Assembly: GCF_964204645.1 (NCBI RefSeq)
Contig: NC_134030.1
Span: 16,120,110 to 16,184,109, forward strand
Direction of reading: 5' to 3'
Source: Tubulanus polymorphus
Taxonomy: Eukaryota; Animalia; Nemertea
DNA: 64,000 bases
Of the stretch, positions 32,220 through 44,622 are shown piece after piece (position 1 is the first letter of the stretch; every line of letters starts with the position of its first letter). Position numbers and translations under genes: made by a program. The notes under the pieces are model-generated. The model was given only the letters and a program-made list of their open reading frames with translations. It was not told the DNA's origin and ran no database searches.

Positions 32220-33467
32220 TTAATACATAACACTATTCAATTGAGAATTTACAATATTTAATTGCGCGTCAGATATAATATAAATGTGCATTTTGAAATT
32301 TTTGATTCCTTTATTCTTTGTCATGAATAAGTGTATTCCATCTTTAGTGTTTTGTAATTTTTTTCCAGAACCATGTAATGAATTATCCTCTGTTGTTCTA
32401 AAATCTAACCATAATGCGTATTTATTACCGGTATAATAATCAATTTGATTAATATTACAATTTTCAGATGATTTCACTTTTTTATTCATAAAATGTTTTC
32501 TAATTTCTGGCCATTGATCAATCATTCTCATTCCTTGACAAAATATTTTATTTGCTATTCCTTCGATAGTTATTTCTACTTTTGTTATTTCAGGATTATA
32601 ATAATTATCAACATTTATTGCGCCATTAGTATATGTTTTAATGGTAGAAAATATTAATATACCTTTAATAGATCTTCTTGGGAAGTTAATATTCTCATTA
32701 ATAATTTCATCATTTGCATAAATAGTTACAGTTTTAAATTTATCAATATAATCATATAATAATGAAAATCCTTGATTGTATTTAGTTTGAATTATACTTG
32801 AAATATTTTCATCAGTTACTGTATCATATTCTAAACATATATTCGATAATTTATAACCCATATCTTTATTAACGCTAGATATTACAATTTTATTAACAGG
32901 AGCAAATGTTATTTCGAATATAACATCTTCTTGAATTGCGTATTTATATAAAGGTGCATTGTTATTTATCAATTCAAAGTCTAATGGAATTTTATATTTG
33001 CTTCCATATATACTTTTTATCAATTTATCTACAGCATTAGTTAATATTGCATTACGTGCTTCTGATCTTAATTTATTTTGGTTTTCTGATTGGATGCCTT
33101 GAAATATCATATTATTTCTATTTTCTTTAGTTAACCATAAATCTTTATAATGCATAAATAAATTATAATCATCTAATGAGAAAACTGTTTCTGGACCAAT
33201 CTTTATAGTTAATTTTTTAATCAAATATCTTCCAACATTATCAACAACATAATTATTATTATTACCGATTACTTTTATATCGGCTGATAAATAAATACTA
33301 TTTGGAACATAAAAAGTATTTTGTATTAATCTAGGAATTCTAACATATAAAGTTTCATCGGGATTAATATTTGAAGGATTATGTGTAATTATATGATGTG
33401 ATCTTTCTGCTTTAATAGCATTAGATATTCTATGATTCTTAGAAGGATTGATATAACTCCCACTCAT
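32220..33467 (-). CDS. Putative major capsid protein (double jelly-roll), copy A
   Basis: 415-aa beta-rich intact ORF; most conserved large gene between copies; size and position fit a Polinton MCP; fold is inferred. Confidence 0.7.
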   Translation of the reverse strand: MSGSYINPSKNHRISNAIKAERSHHIITHNPSNINPDETLYVRIPRLIQNTFYVPNSIYLSADIKVIGNNNNYVVDNVGRYLIKKLTIKIGPETVFSLDDYNLFMHYKDLWLTKENRNNMIFQGIQSENQNKLRSEARNAILTNAVDKLIKSIYGSKYKIPLDFELINNNAPLYKYAIQEDVIFEITFAPVNKIVISSVNKDMGYKLSNICLEYDTVTDENISSIIQTKYNQGFSLLYDYIDKFKTVTIYANDEIINENINFPRRSIKGILIFSTIKTYTNGAINVDNYYNPEITKVEITIEGIANKIFCQGMRMIDQWPEIRKHFMNKKVKSSENCNINQIDYYTGNKYALWLDFRTTEDNSLHGSGKKLQNTKDGIHLFMTKNKGIKNFKMHIYIISDAQLNIVNSQLNSVMY

Positions 33468-33487
33468 TTATTTAACAAAAAAATTAA

Positions 33488-34956
33488 TTATTTATTTTTA
33501 ATCATGTTTACTAGCCCAAAAATAATTGCACTTACAACTGTAATTAAAAATAAAATAATATGTTCAGCAGCAAAGTTAATAATGTTTCCTGCAGATTTCA
33601 ATATAAAACCAACAATTGATGCAATAATTCCTGGCAATGCTGCAGCAGATTTCTTTGATAGTTCCCATAAATATTTTGCTAATTTCTTTAAACCATCCTT
33701 AACTTTATCTTGTATAGGATTATTATCATTCGGGGGTTTATCCGGTTTATTGGGAGTAGGAGTAGATTTTAAAGCATTTGATATAGCTAAACCAATTGTT
33801 GTAAATAACATAGTTACAGCTGTTAGAATTGAAAGAATTGTTATTCCTTCTAATTTAAATAATAATTTTATTCTATCTTTCAATGATATTTCAGAATTTG
33901 GTTTAATCAACAAATCTTTAAAAATAACTTTTAATCTATTAATATTAAAATCATATGATTTTAATAATAATTTAATTTCTTCTTTCTGTACTTCTAAATT
34001 ATCTTTTAAATTATTAATTTCTTTTTCTAATCGTAATTCTTTTTGCCTATATTCTATTTCATCAATTACTTGATGATCTAAATCAGACTTTAATTGTTCT
34101 ATTTCTTTATTTTTATCAGTAAATTCTTTTTCTAAAGTTCTAATTTTAAAATCTCTTATACTTTTATCATGCGCAATTTTATCAGATGCATGTCTAATAC
34201 TTTCAATTTCTCTAATTGCTTCAACAGAAAATATATTATTTAAGTCTTCTAATGTTTGATCTGTTGCATCAAGTAATCCATTCGGTAAAAGTTTTTCAAT
34301 TGGAACTTCATTTGATTTAAGTTTACTAGTTTTGGAAGTTTTATTCTGTTCAGAAATTGTTTCTGTTTCTAAATTATTTTTGATTGTTTCAAATAATTCA
34401 TTAATTCTTTGTTTAAATACTCTTTTATTTTGATCTATTTCTTCTTGTGTTACATCTTCTATTTCATTACTATTTCTTATTCTCTTAATTCTAGATAGTA
34501 ATGAGTCAGTCTTAAGCAAAGTTAATTTTGCTATTATTTTTCTTCTTTTTTATTAGAGATATTAATATAATAATCCGAATCATCTTTCAAACTATAATAA
34601 TATTAACCATCTAAAAACTTTAATTCTTTTACTAAAAGTCTGGCGCCTCTATCATTTATATTATATCCAGAATCTTTAAATTCATGTTGAAAATTATACA
34701 TAAATTCATAATTTTCTATATGTTTTCTTTCTAAACCTGGGTCAAAATTTTCAATAGGTATTCTCGATCCAGTTCTTCTATCATGTTCATCTGTTGATGG
34801 GGCTTTAGAACCACTATCTGCTAAATTAGAATTATATGCTGATTCATTACCATCATCAATATTATTATCAGCAGTGATATAATCATCATTGTTAGTATTG
34901 GCATTATCATTATTTCCCCTGTTTTCCATTTCATAATCTTCTCCACCTTCTGCCAT
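33488..34956 (-). pseudogene. Acidic N-terminus, coiled-coil, C-terminal multi-TM protein; one gene broken near 34603
   Basis: Copy A reads FLDG-stop where copy B reads ILDGEYYY; TM segments ITILSILTAVTMLFTTIGLAI and LPGIIASIVGFIL...IILFLITVVSAIIFGL. Confidence 0.7.
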
Positions 34957-34978
34957 TTACATAATAAAAAAATTAAAA

Positions 34979-35317
34979 TTAAAAATATAATATTCCTCCT
35001 ATAACAATTCCTATACAAGTTAAAGCTAATTTAGCATTTTCATGGGATTTATTATCATCATTTAGTTTAATTATATCATGTCGAATATTATCAGTTCTAA
35101 AATTTTCTGATGTATTGTAATCTTTTATTTTAGAATCATTATTTAATTTAATATTCTTAGTTTTAGTTTCTGTTGATTGAATATGTTTTTTATTTTTTTC
35201 ACCTTCCATTAATTTTGGAGCAGTAATAATCTTTTTATTTATATCATTTAATCCAAATGAATTATTTATTGTTGCAGTTTTAATTAGATTATTATAACCA
35301 ATTATTTTTCCCATCTT
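34979..35317 (-). pseudogene. 3' part of the LINE-disrupted Polinton gene (C-terminal TM anchor)
   Basis: Continues 41043-42018; copy B reads NDSVLKMGNIIGY without interruption; ends LALTCIGIVIGGILYF. Confidence 0.85.
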
Positions 35318-35640
35318 TAATAAGAAATGTTGTAAATGGCGTCCGGCTGTTAAGATGTGTTGGTACAGTGGAGATTTAAAGTTTCATTTCGATGTCCTTC
35401 CACACTTGCTTGATTTATTAGATCTACTCAATCTATGCAGTGCTGTTCTTCTGAATGAGACAACGAAGTGTACAAACAAATAAGGTAACTTTTTACTGGT
35501 ATTTAGTGGTTCTATAGTATTAATCTATAGATATCGTCGATAGTCTGTCCTTAAGTCGTTCACACCGTAGTTGCCAAACGTTACCATAGAGACGTTGTGT
35601 ACCTGTCAAAAAGTCACGGTCGACTGGAGATAATCTAAGT

Positions 35641-36602
35641 ATGGGTAGACCGAAGAAAGATCGCTCGACGAAAACCTGCCACCGCTACCGCAGATAACAA
35701 AGGCACAACGCCGAGTAACAATAACGTTGAACCCGCGTCAAATACTCAAAGCGCTCCGAAACAACAAACTCTGATCACGCCAGTCACTAGTACCCCGACT
35801 GCAGCCTCAGACCCCGAATCGAGGAAAAGATTCCCCTCTGAAGAATTCTCACCTCGTGAAGGTATAAAAAAACCCAATATTCCTCCAAACGTGAATCAAC
35901 AGGCAACGAGGCCACATAATGAAAATTTCCCCGTAGACGAAATTGCGAGCACCGTCTCGAACCTGCTAAATAACGAGGAATCAACCGCGGGTCTAGTGAA
36001 CCGAATCGTGTCGGCCATAAAGTTCACATTTCAAAATCAACTGGAACATCTGGTAAAAAACGATCGATGATCAAAACGAAGTCATAGCTGATCTTAGTGC
36101 GAAACTGGATCACCAGGAACAATATTCCAGGCGAAACAATATCATTGTAAACGGTATAAAAGAAAATTCTTCCGAAAACACGGACCAAATAATTCTAGAT
36201 CTCGCACGTAAGATCATGCCTGATGACGCTCCCGCGATGGAACTCCGAGATATCGATCGATCTCATCGCCTCGGGCCCAAAAGAGATGGAACAAACCGCC
36301 CGATTATCTGTAAATTCGTCACTCACCGAGCGCGGCAATACGTGTTGGTTAATCGTAAAAAGCTCCCTAAAGATGTTTACGCTAATGAAGACCTGACGAA
36401 AAGACACCAGGCGATTCTGTACGAAGTCCGAAAATTATGGAAATCTAAGCGTATTTACGGTTTTTACGTTCGCGATGGTAAAATACTCGTCATTAAAACC
36501 GAGCGCGAGAAAGCGATTGAAATCAGCGACCATTCATCAATATCGGCTCTCAACGAGGAATCAACCCCATCAGCGAACCCGAACGACACCACATACTACT
36601 AA
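35641..36602 (+). pseudogene. LINE ORF1 (coiled-coil and RRM-like), frameshifted; start approximate
   Basis: EQYSRRNNIIVNGIKE upstream of IDRSHRLG...RPIICKF...YANEDLTK. Confidence 0.75.
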
Positions 36603-37779
36603 TCCGATCCCGTCAACAATTGCGTTGCATTCGTGTTTTGTTCATATCTGAAATCCGTACACTTCTATGTTCGACCCCGTTAGCGAACTCGAACGACTCC
36701 GCGTACTAGTGTTCCGATCCGTTCATTATATACTTACATCACATTGTGTTCCGTCCATCGTGATATCCGTACCATACCCTTCTACCTACAAACCTAACCT
36801 ATTCTACGATCCGTTGCGAAATTAGACCCTTTAAGGGACTAAATGTTGCATTGTGCATTACTTTCCGTTTCCGTTTAAATTACGCACCTTCCTTTCAACG
36901 ACTCGACAGAATAATTCATACCGTTTCGATGGGCACTAAAAATCGCTCCATGGTCCGCACTGCGTTAATTGTCTCGGCGATCCTTAACGTTCGATATGAA
37001 CGAAATCCGAGACTAAGGAAAGTCTCTAACAAAACCTCTTTTAGTATATATTTGTGGTGTACAAATTCTGTTGACTTAACTGTATTTCACTTCGTTTATT
37101 GTTGAATTTGATAATATGATACTAGATGTAAATTCAAAAGGTGTTACATTTCTTTTTAAATCATGCATTTATTCGAACTCTCAATTCAATTCTGTGTCTG
37201 GACTCGAGATTGTACCTCCTTTAAACCTCTTCCTTATTATCAATGAGTTATAATAGGGAACTTTATTTTCTCTACTCATCGACTCGTTTGTTGGTTACTA
37301 TCCGAGCGAATCGGAATATAAAACTACTTGTTATCCTTCCTTGAATACGTAGACATTTGGTGTATAGTGATATGTAACACGTCTGCCCGTTCTATTTTTT
37401 ATTTTTTTTTCTTTGTTGACTCGAATCACATTGTGGCTGTAAAAGAACAAATTGTAGAAAACCATACCCTAAGCGCTACATAGAACACACAATACCCCTT
37501 CCCATAACCTATCATTAGTACATTTTGATTAATTTTCGATAATATAACTCCAGTGCGATATCCCCAAGTTATCATCACTATTACTCTGCATATGCGATTA
37601 ATACTGTGTACATGTCTAAAGGACAAACATTTTTTGTTGTTGTTGTTTCCAATTTTTCTACTGTGTAACCATCTACCCGCATTTCGCCTGTAAATTATGT
37701 TTCATGATGATATATTTTTGGATAGTGAGAAGGATCCCCCGACACTACTTATTATTCCATTGACTCGCTAAACGCTCTT

Positions 37780-40623
37780 GTGAACACCAACGACCAACAG
37801 AGTGGATTATTTCTATACCACACCAATGTTAGAAGCATGAACAAAAACTTTGAAAATTTAAGAGATACAATAACTAGTATAAACTTTTCACCCACAGTCA
37901 TTGGGATATCCGAAACGTGGGCGCTAGACGATCACGATAATGACGTATTATACAAACTAGACGGGTACAATAGCTTTTTCTTAAATCGTCATTTTAACCA
38001 TGCAGGCGGTGTGGCTATATACATCGATGACCATTACCATTGTAAAGTACGTAACGACCTGGGTATAGAAAGTAACACTTTTGAATTGTTATTTTGTGAA
38101 TTGTCGATTTCACGTAATGAACAAATATTAGTCGGTGTCTTATATCGACAAGGAGGTCAACCAATTGATCAGTTTACCAATGAACTTAATTCAACATTAG
38201 CTAAATTGCCTAAAAATAACGTCTTCATTATGGGCGACATCAATATAGATCTCATCAAAGCATCCACGCACAACAAGACCCACGACTTCTTAAATAACAT
38301 GGTTTCGCATTCATTACAACCTCTTATTTTAAAACCAACAAGAGTCACCGAAACGTCAGCAACCTGTATTGACCACATATATACCAATGTTGACAACCAA
38401 CGATCCGGCATATTGACTACTGATATTTCAGACCATTATTCTACCTTTGTTATTTACCCGCGTGCTCGACGGCTTAAAAATGCACCGTACATTATCCATT
38501 TTAGACCTATCAATGAACTCAATATTTCGGATTTTAAAGCGCGCTTGGCCAACGAAGACTGGAGTGACATATACACAACCAATGATCCCAACGTAGCATA
38601 CAATCTCTTTTTCACGAGATACAAGATGCTCTACGACTTAAGTTTTCCTATTCTAACTAAAAATGTAACTCGTCCTTCGTGTAAACCCTGGCTGTCCGAG
38701 GGCTTACTAAATTCTGTCAAAACCAAATTGAAATATTACCGAATATACAAACGAACTAAGCGCGCTGATCATCACGAACGTTACAAGAAATATCGCAACA
38801 GGTTGAATCGATTGCTTAAAGCTGCGCAGAAACAGCACTTCGCACGAGCATTAATTGCTGCGAAACATGACCTGAAAAAAACTTGGTCGATTCTAAACCA
38901 AGTTATCGGTAGCCCTAAAGATATGCCCACCATTTAGAGACATAAATGGTGTAGACCTTGACCCTTTAGATGTAGCCAATAAATTCAATTCTTTCTTTAC
39001 TAACGTTGGTAGAAACTTAGCGGACAAAATTCCAACAACCGAAATCTCTCCCCTATCATACCTCCAACCCGATTCTTCAAATAACCTGTTCCTAAACCCA
39101 ATTATTCAGCAGGACATTTTATATATTGTCAGTAATTTTGATGCTAATAAAGGTGCTGGGCCTGATGATATAAAACCTAAAATTGCTAAGTCTGCCATCT
39201 CTGAAATAATGGAACCATTACTATACATCTTCAATAAGTCATATTCAACGGGGATAGTTCCCGACGCTCTTAAAATCGCCAAAGTTACCCCAATTCATAA
39301 AGGCGGTGATAAAAATGAAATCACTAACTACAGACCTATATCAGTCCTTTCGTTCTTTTCTAAAATCCTAGAAAAAATTACCTACGCCCGTATAATATCC
39401 TTTGTTGATAATCATCATATCCTTAACCCTCATCAATATGGCTTTAGGAAAAATTCATCTACGGAACTTGCACTGCTTGACTTTACAGATCATATCTCAA
39501 AACAGGTTGAAAAGGGCCAATTCTCAATAAGTATTTTCATTGATTTATCGAAAGCTTTCGATACAATCGACCACTCAATTTTGATCCAAAACTACACAGA
39601 TTAGGCATAAGAGGCTTACCGAATGATTGGATTAAAAGTTATTTATCAAATCGTAAACAATATGTAGGCTACAACAAATCTCCTTCCAGTTATCAGCCCA
39701 TCTCGCACGGTGTCCCACAAGGTTCTATTCTTGGACCATTACTTTTTCTTTTGTGTGTAAATGACATAATACATGTTTGTAAGTTATTCAAGTTTATACT
39801 GTTTGCTGACGACACGACCATTTCTTGTAGCAACAAAGATCCTATAGAATTAATTCGTGCCGTAAACCGCGAACTGATAAAACTATCTACGTGGTTTAGA
39901 GCAAACAAACTCTCGTTGAATGTAAAGAAAACAAGCTACATGAAGTTTGGAAATTTTAGATTACCAGACAATACAGAAATCAGAATAGACAATCAACCTG
40001 TTGCTCATTCGTGCACCAACAAATTTCTTGGTGTGATTTTTGATGAAAACCTAAACTGGTCAGCACATACTGCCTATACATCTGCCAAAGTTTCACGTGC
40101 TATTGGTTTATTGTTCAAAGCCCACAAATGTCTACCCCAGCCCATTTTGCCCACACTTTATAATTCCTTAGTTTTACCATATTTCCAATACTGCAACATT
40201 GTCTGGGGACGTACATATCCAATCCGTCTGTATCATCTTAGCATCCTACAGAAACGGGCTTTACGACTTGTATATAATGTACCTTACCTAGCACACTCGA
40301 GTCCACTCTTTAAACTAGGCAATCACCTTAAATTAACTGACATTAATAAGCTCCAAACAGCAAGCTTCATTTTCAAGCTGACGTGCAACAAGGTACCTAA
40401 TACCCTACGACATATTCTTTCATATAGGTCTGGTCAGCAACATCATATTCTACGAAATGCCAATAATTTAAATATACCGCAACATCGCACTACTAAACGC
40501 TCGTTCTCTATTAGTATAGCAGGCCCAAAGTTTTGGAATTCTTTACCAATCAACATCCGAAATAGTTCATCTCTTTATAGTTTCAAGCACAATCTCAAGA
40601 AGCAACTCATGTCAACCTATTAA
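37780..40623 (+). pseudogene. LINE ORF2: APE endonuclease and reverse transcriptase, with frameshifts
   Basis: HTNVRS, ISETW, MGDINID, CIDHIY, ISDHY; NYRPISVL, QYGFR, FIDLSKAFDTIDH, GVPQGSILGPLLF, LFADDT. Confidence 0.93.
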
Positions 40624-41042
40624 TCAACATCTAAAATCTTGAGCAAACCAAAATACTATAAATGTGTAGAAATTTATTTTATTTTATCTTTTTAGGGATT
40701 ATATCTCATTCGTCGAAATGGGAGGACTTTTCTATTCTTCTTAAATTATCCCGTTAATTAATCAATAACAGTCTACCATCAATTAATCCCATGGCTAGTT
40801 TATGCTATAACGTAGAATTTTGCATCCTTCTCATTATCCAAATAGCATCATTCCATAATTCTCAATGTTCCTTCTTTTCATAATTGCATTTTTTTTGTTA
40901 TTTGCTCCAGGGCCTCGGCTTGACAATCACTTAATGATTTCCGAGGTGATGATTGTCATGTATTATACATAAACATTTTGTAACAATTATGTATTTATAT
41001 TTGTATCGTGATAATCATCAAATAAATCAAATCAAAATAATA

Positions 41043-42018
41043 CTAAATCATTAGAAATAATAAATAGATTAGGACCTATACAATAATTTAATCTAATATG
41101 TGATTTATCTAAATAATTTTGATATCTTACAATGTTTTCCGGAATCGATCTATTTTTATCATTATGAATTGAATCTTCAAATAATACTTTGAATTGGTTC
41201 TGCGCATCAAATGAAGTGTTATCATTTCCAATTATTGGGGATCTTGTTTCAACTTGCGCACCTAAAATACATATCAAATAAGTTCTAATAGATTGATTTA
41301 TTCTTTGTATACCAGCTTTAGTAAAACCTTCACTATTTTCTAAAATGAAATTAACCCAACCATTATTGTTTTGTTGTTGTATATTATTATAATATTTTGG
41401 TAATTCATTCCAATTTAGTGTTCTTATATCTGAATTTGTCATTATTTTTCCAAATCCTTTAGTATATAATATTCCCAATCCACCCATTGTTCCAATTTTT
41501 GCTCTAAAATCTTTATTTGAATTAATATTAAATTCATTACATATTTTATAAAACTTAGAAAAATTAATATTATTATTCAATTCTTTAAGATATTTTGAAC
41601 CTGGTAAAGGACATTCTAATTCATCTAATATTAATTTTATTTGAAAATATGTATGAAATCTAAAAAGTGATAACATCAATGGTAAACTTGGTTTGTTTGA
41701 ATGATCATTCCAACTAATTCCACATCCTGTTGTTGCGCAATAAACAGCAAAATTTAATTGGTTCTGCCAATACTTCATATTAGATTTTAATAACCATTGT
41801 TTTGCCTCATTTAAATTTTTAAAATTAATTGTATACACATGAAATATATTTTCCATCTTTACATGAAAATTATTACTTTCAGTAACATAAATATATAAAT
41901 CAATTAATGAATCTAAAACTTCATTTCTATATCTAATATATTTATTAAAATCTATTGCAGGAATATTATATTTAATTGATTTATTATATTGGAAAGCTTT
42001 TGGAAAACTATCTGCCAT
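41043..42018 (-). pseudogene. 5' part of a conserved Polinton gene (WQNQLNFAVYCATTGCG motif), disrupted by the LINE
   Basis: Homologous to 59599-60981 in copy B. Confidence 0.8.
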
Positions 42019-42034
42019 TTATATAATTAAAAAA

Positions 42035-42469
42035 TTAATAATTTATAAATTCTTTTAATAATTTATCTTGTTCTTCAACTGTTATATGACCATTTAAACT
42101 TATTATATAATCTAGTGTATTCTTTAATTTATTAATTTCTTTTATATTAGTTTTAATTTTTTCTTTATTACTTTTTATATTTGATTTTGAACTTATACCA
42201 GTTAAAACACTTGAACTTAATCCTAACACACCAATTGATATTGCTAAAGGTCTTAATGGACTGAATATTGATAGAAATGTTATTACAGAACTAATTGTAA
42301 CCGAACCACTAATAATAAGATAATATATAATTTTACTTTTTAAATATTTTTTCTTTTTAACTTTTAAGTCACTTTCAAATTCTAATGTATGTTTTTCTAA
42401 ATATATTTTTAATTTAGTTTTATTTATATCACGAGGAATAATATCAATATTATCAACTTTATCATCCAT
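42035..42469 (-). CDS. Polinton two-TM protein
   Basis: IIYYLIISGSVTISSVITFLSIF and LAISIGVLGLSSSVLTGI; homolog at 59176. Confidence 0.7.
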   Translation of the reverse strand: MDDKVDNIDIIPRDINKTKLKIYLEKHTLEFESDLKVKKKKYLKSKIIYYLIISGSVTISSVITFLSIFSPLRPLAISIGVLGLSSSVLTGISSKSNIKSNKEKIKTNIKEINKLKNTLDYIISLNGHITVEEQDKLLKEFINY

Positions 42470-42547
42470 TTATTTAGCAAAAAAATTACTTATTAGTAAA
42501 TCTATACGCTACAAATATAACAATAACAGTTCCACCTAAAATCCAAA

Positions 42548-42910
42548 TTATTTCATATTTCTGTTGTTCTTTACTTGGGCCAAATAATCTGATAATTTAG
42601 GTTTGTATAGATGTAATTTTTCTTTATTGGTTACCGCGTTATATAAACTCATTGCATCATCAACTGATTGAAAATCTCTATGTGAAATCTTCTGATCATA
42701 TAATTCTTTGTTAATATAATCCATATAGTTTTGTCTCTTTTCTCTATATTCTTCTGCTGCTTTATTGTATTTCTCTAATGCCAAGTTATGTCTTTTTTGT
42801 TCTGATAATGAACCATTTTTATCAATATGCTTAAATATATAACCACCACCAGTAAATGCTAAAGCGTTAACAATTGCCGTTCCTATAATAGTTATAATTG
42901 CAGATGCCAT
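42548..42910 (-). CDS. Polinton membrane/coiled-coil protein; a C-terminal TM lies in another frame to ~42487
   Basis: MASAIITIIGTAIVNALAFTGGG; EQKRHNLALEKY; homolog at 58735. Confidence 0.7.
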   Translation of the reverse strand: MASAIITIIGTAIVNALAFTGGGYIFKHIDKNGSLSEQKRHNLALEKYNKAAEEYREKRQNYMDYINKELYDQKISHRDFQSVDDAMSLYNAVTNKEKLHLYKPKLSDYLAQVKNNRNMK

Positions 42911-43155
42911 TTATTTAGTAAAAAAATTACGCATTTATATGGGAGGAATATATTTTTTTTTTCTAAATAATCAATTGATAAATTAGATAAAGTTACTGCT
43001 AATGTTAATTTTAAAATATCATTTATATCAAAACTATCAACATTAACACTTCCCATTTTGAATACTTTTTTTAATACCATTGAATAACCAACAGTTCCAA
43101 CTGAAAGTAATGCTCCATTATATAATCCAGTTATTATCCACTTATTATCACTCAT
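42892..43155 (-). CDS. Small hydrophobic Polinton protein
   Basis: TAAATG start; homolog at ~58490-58718. Confidence 0.6.
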   Translation of the reverse strand: MSDNKWIITGLYNGALLSVGTVGYSMVLKKVFKMGSVNVDSFDINDILKLTLAVTLSNLSIDYLEKKNIFLPYKCVIFLLNKWHLQL

Positions 43156-43171
43156 TTATTTATCAAAAAAA

Positions 43172-43497
43172 TTACTATCATCAAAATATTTAGTTAACTT
43201 ATTTATGATTAATTCAACATTTATTTCATTACTACTTTTATGATTATCATATATTTTGGTTAATATGTTTTTAATATCATCAATAATTCCATCTTCATTT
43301 AATTCATAATATTATAAAGGTGATTTAATTAAATCAATTACTTTTTCTATATTATAATTTTCTTTATTAATCATTGATGCATTGTTAAATGATTTACTTT
43401 TTATATCAGTAATTACATCATTTAGTTTAATTCTCATTTCTTTACCATGTTTAAAATCAAAACCAAAACATATACTCGGGCCAACAGTTATATTCAT
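43172..43497 (-). pseudogene. Polinton hypothetical protein with premature stop
   Basis: MNITVGPSICFGFDFKHG; homolog at 58168 continues past the stop. Confidence 0.6.
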
Positions 43498-43514
43498 TTA
43501 TATAGTGAAAAAAA

Positions 43515-44276
43515 TTACTCTCTACATCTTATAACTAATTCATAAATTACAGGGAAATTATTTAAATCAATTAAGTATTCATTGTGATTTCTAATTTCTA
43601 ATCTAAAATTATTAAAACGAGGAATGCATGGTTTGAAATCACATTCTGTTAAATTATAATTTATTTGCGTTCCAAATTCTTTAACATTCTTCAATGGTAA
43701 AATGTTTAATAAACTAGAATTACAAGTTATATCTTTAGTTGCTTCGAATGTTTTTGTAGGATCGATTAAATTGCAATAAATATGAAAGTGTGTAAAAGGT
43801 ATTAAGTTTGGTGTAACAGCATCAATATTTGTAAAAGATTTATCTGGAAGAATTCCTAACAGTTTAGCTATAGGTTTTTTTACCATAAATTTATGTTTTT
43901 CACTATTAGACAACCTTATCTTTATTCTATCAGAACTATCACTTTTTAAAAATCTAATACTAAACCCAGAACTACTACCTAATTTGTGCCAGGCTTTTCT
44001 ATTAATTTCTTGTGCTAATGTATCTAAATTATATAACCCCGGTTTTAAATATATATAGGACCATTCATTTTTACCTTTATCAAAAATTAAAAAGGCTCTA
44101 TGTTCAATAGTTTTATTCGTTATATTATTAAAAGAATTACATAAACTTATATTTACTAATTTCAAATCAACACAATTCTTAAATTCTCTATCTAATTGTA
44201 CTAGTAAATTATGAGATTTATAATTTGTAAGTTTTCTTGAATCGACAAATATTCTGTATTCTTTTAATTCCGCCAT
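43515..44276 (-). CDS. Putative minor capsid (penton, single jelly-roll) protein, copy A
   Basis: IFVDSR, SFNNI, LKPGLYNLDTL, FHIYCNLID, LLNILPL, FRLEIRN...LIDLNNFPVIYEL resemble Polinton/virophage penton patterns; 253 aa. Confidence 0.65.
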   Translation of the reverse strand: MAELKEYRIFVDSRKLTNYKSHNLLVQLDREFKNCVDLKLVNISLCNSFNNITNKTIEHRAFLIFDKGKNEWSYIYLKPGLYNLDTLAQEINRKAWHKLGSSSGFSIRFLKSDSSDRIKIRLSNSEKHKFMVKKPIAKLLGILPDKSFTNIDAVTPNLIPFTHFHIYCNLIDPTKTFEATKDITCNSSLLNILPLKNVKEFGTQINYNLTECDFKPCIPRFNNFRLEIRNHNEYLIDLNNFPVIYELVIRCRE

Positions 44277-44289
44277 TTATTTTACATAT

Positions 44290-44622
44290 TTTATTCGAAA
44301 TCTATTTCATGATGCCCTTTTTCATTCTTACCTTTGTATACGAAAAAGAAATCTCCAGAACATAATTCTTCTAGATCTTCACTTGATAATCTATGAAATC
44401 TATCTGGTAAATATGTTCTGAATTTATGTGTATTTCCTTTTAATCCTTCATATTCTAAGTGTATAACTAATTTATCTCCATATTTGTTAGTTACTGTATC
44501 AATATTTGTAATTAGATATTTTTTATGGATTATTAATTCTTTTAACTTCTTAAATTTATAATCTACTGATTTGACATTTGAAGTATCTTTTATTCTATCT
44601 AGAAATGATTTGTTGTTCTCAC
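44290..44622 (-). pseudogene. 5'-truncated homolog of the 57026 gene
   Basis: Nucleotide similarity to the reverse complement of 57048-57379. Confidence 0.75.

Larger units (their letters stand above)
35323..41037 (+). mobile_element. Apparently full-length CR1/L2-group non-LTR retrotransposon (LINE)
   Basis: ORF1 plus APE-RT ORF2; 3' tail aataaatcaaatcaaaa; TSD taata at 35318-35322 and 41038-41042. Confidence 0.92.
25400..44622. mobile_element. Polinton/Maverick-type endogenous virus, copy A; integrase end present, pPolB end deleted
   Basis: AGT-initiated terminus, rve integrase, packaging ATPase, capsid-like genes; structural module collinear with copy B; homology to copy B stops at ttgttgttctcac (~44622). 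Confidence 0.9.

Noticed and set aside
31555-34073. Plus-strand ORFs 31555, 31631 and 33432 (and minus ORFs 61667, 62003)
   Set aside because: Antisense shadows of AT-rich viral genes; no TAAATG starts or recognisable motifs.
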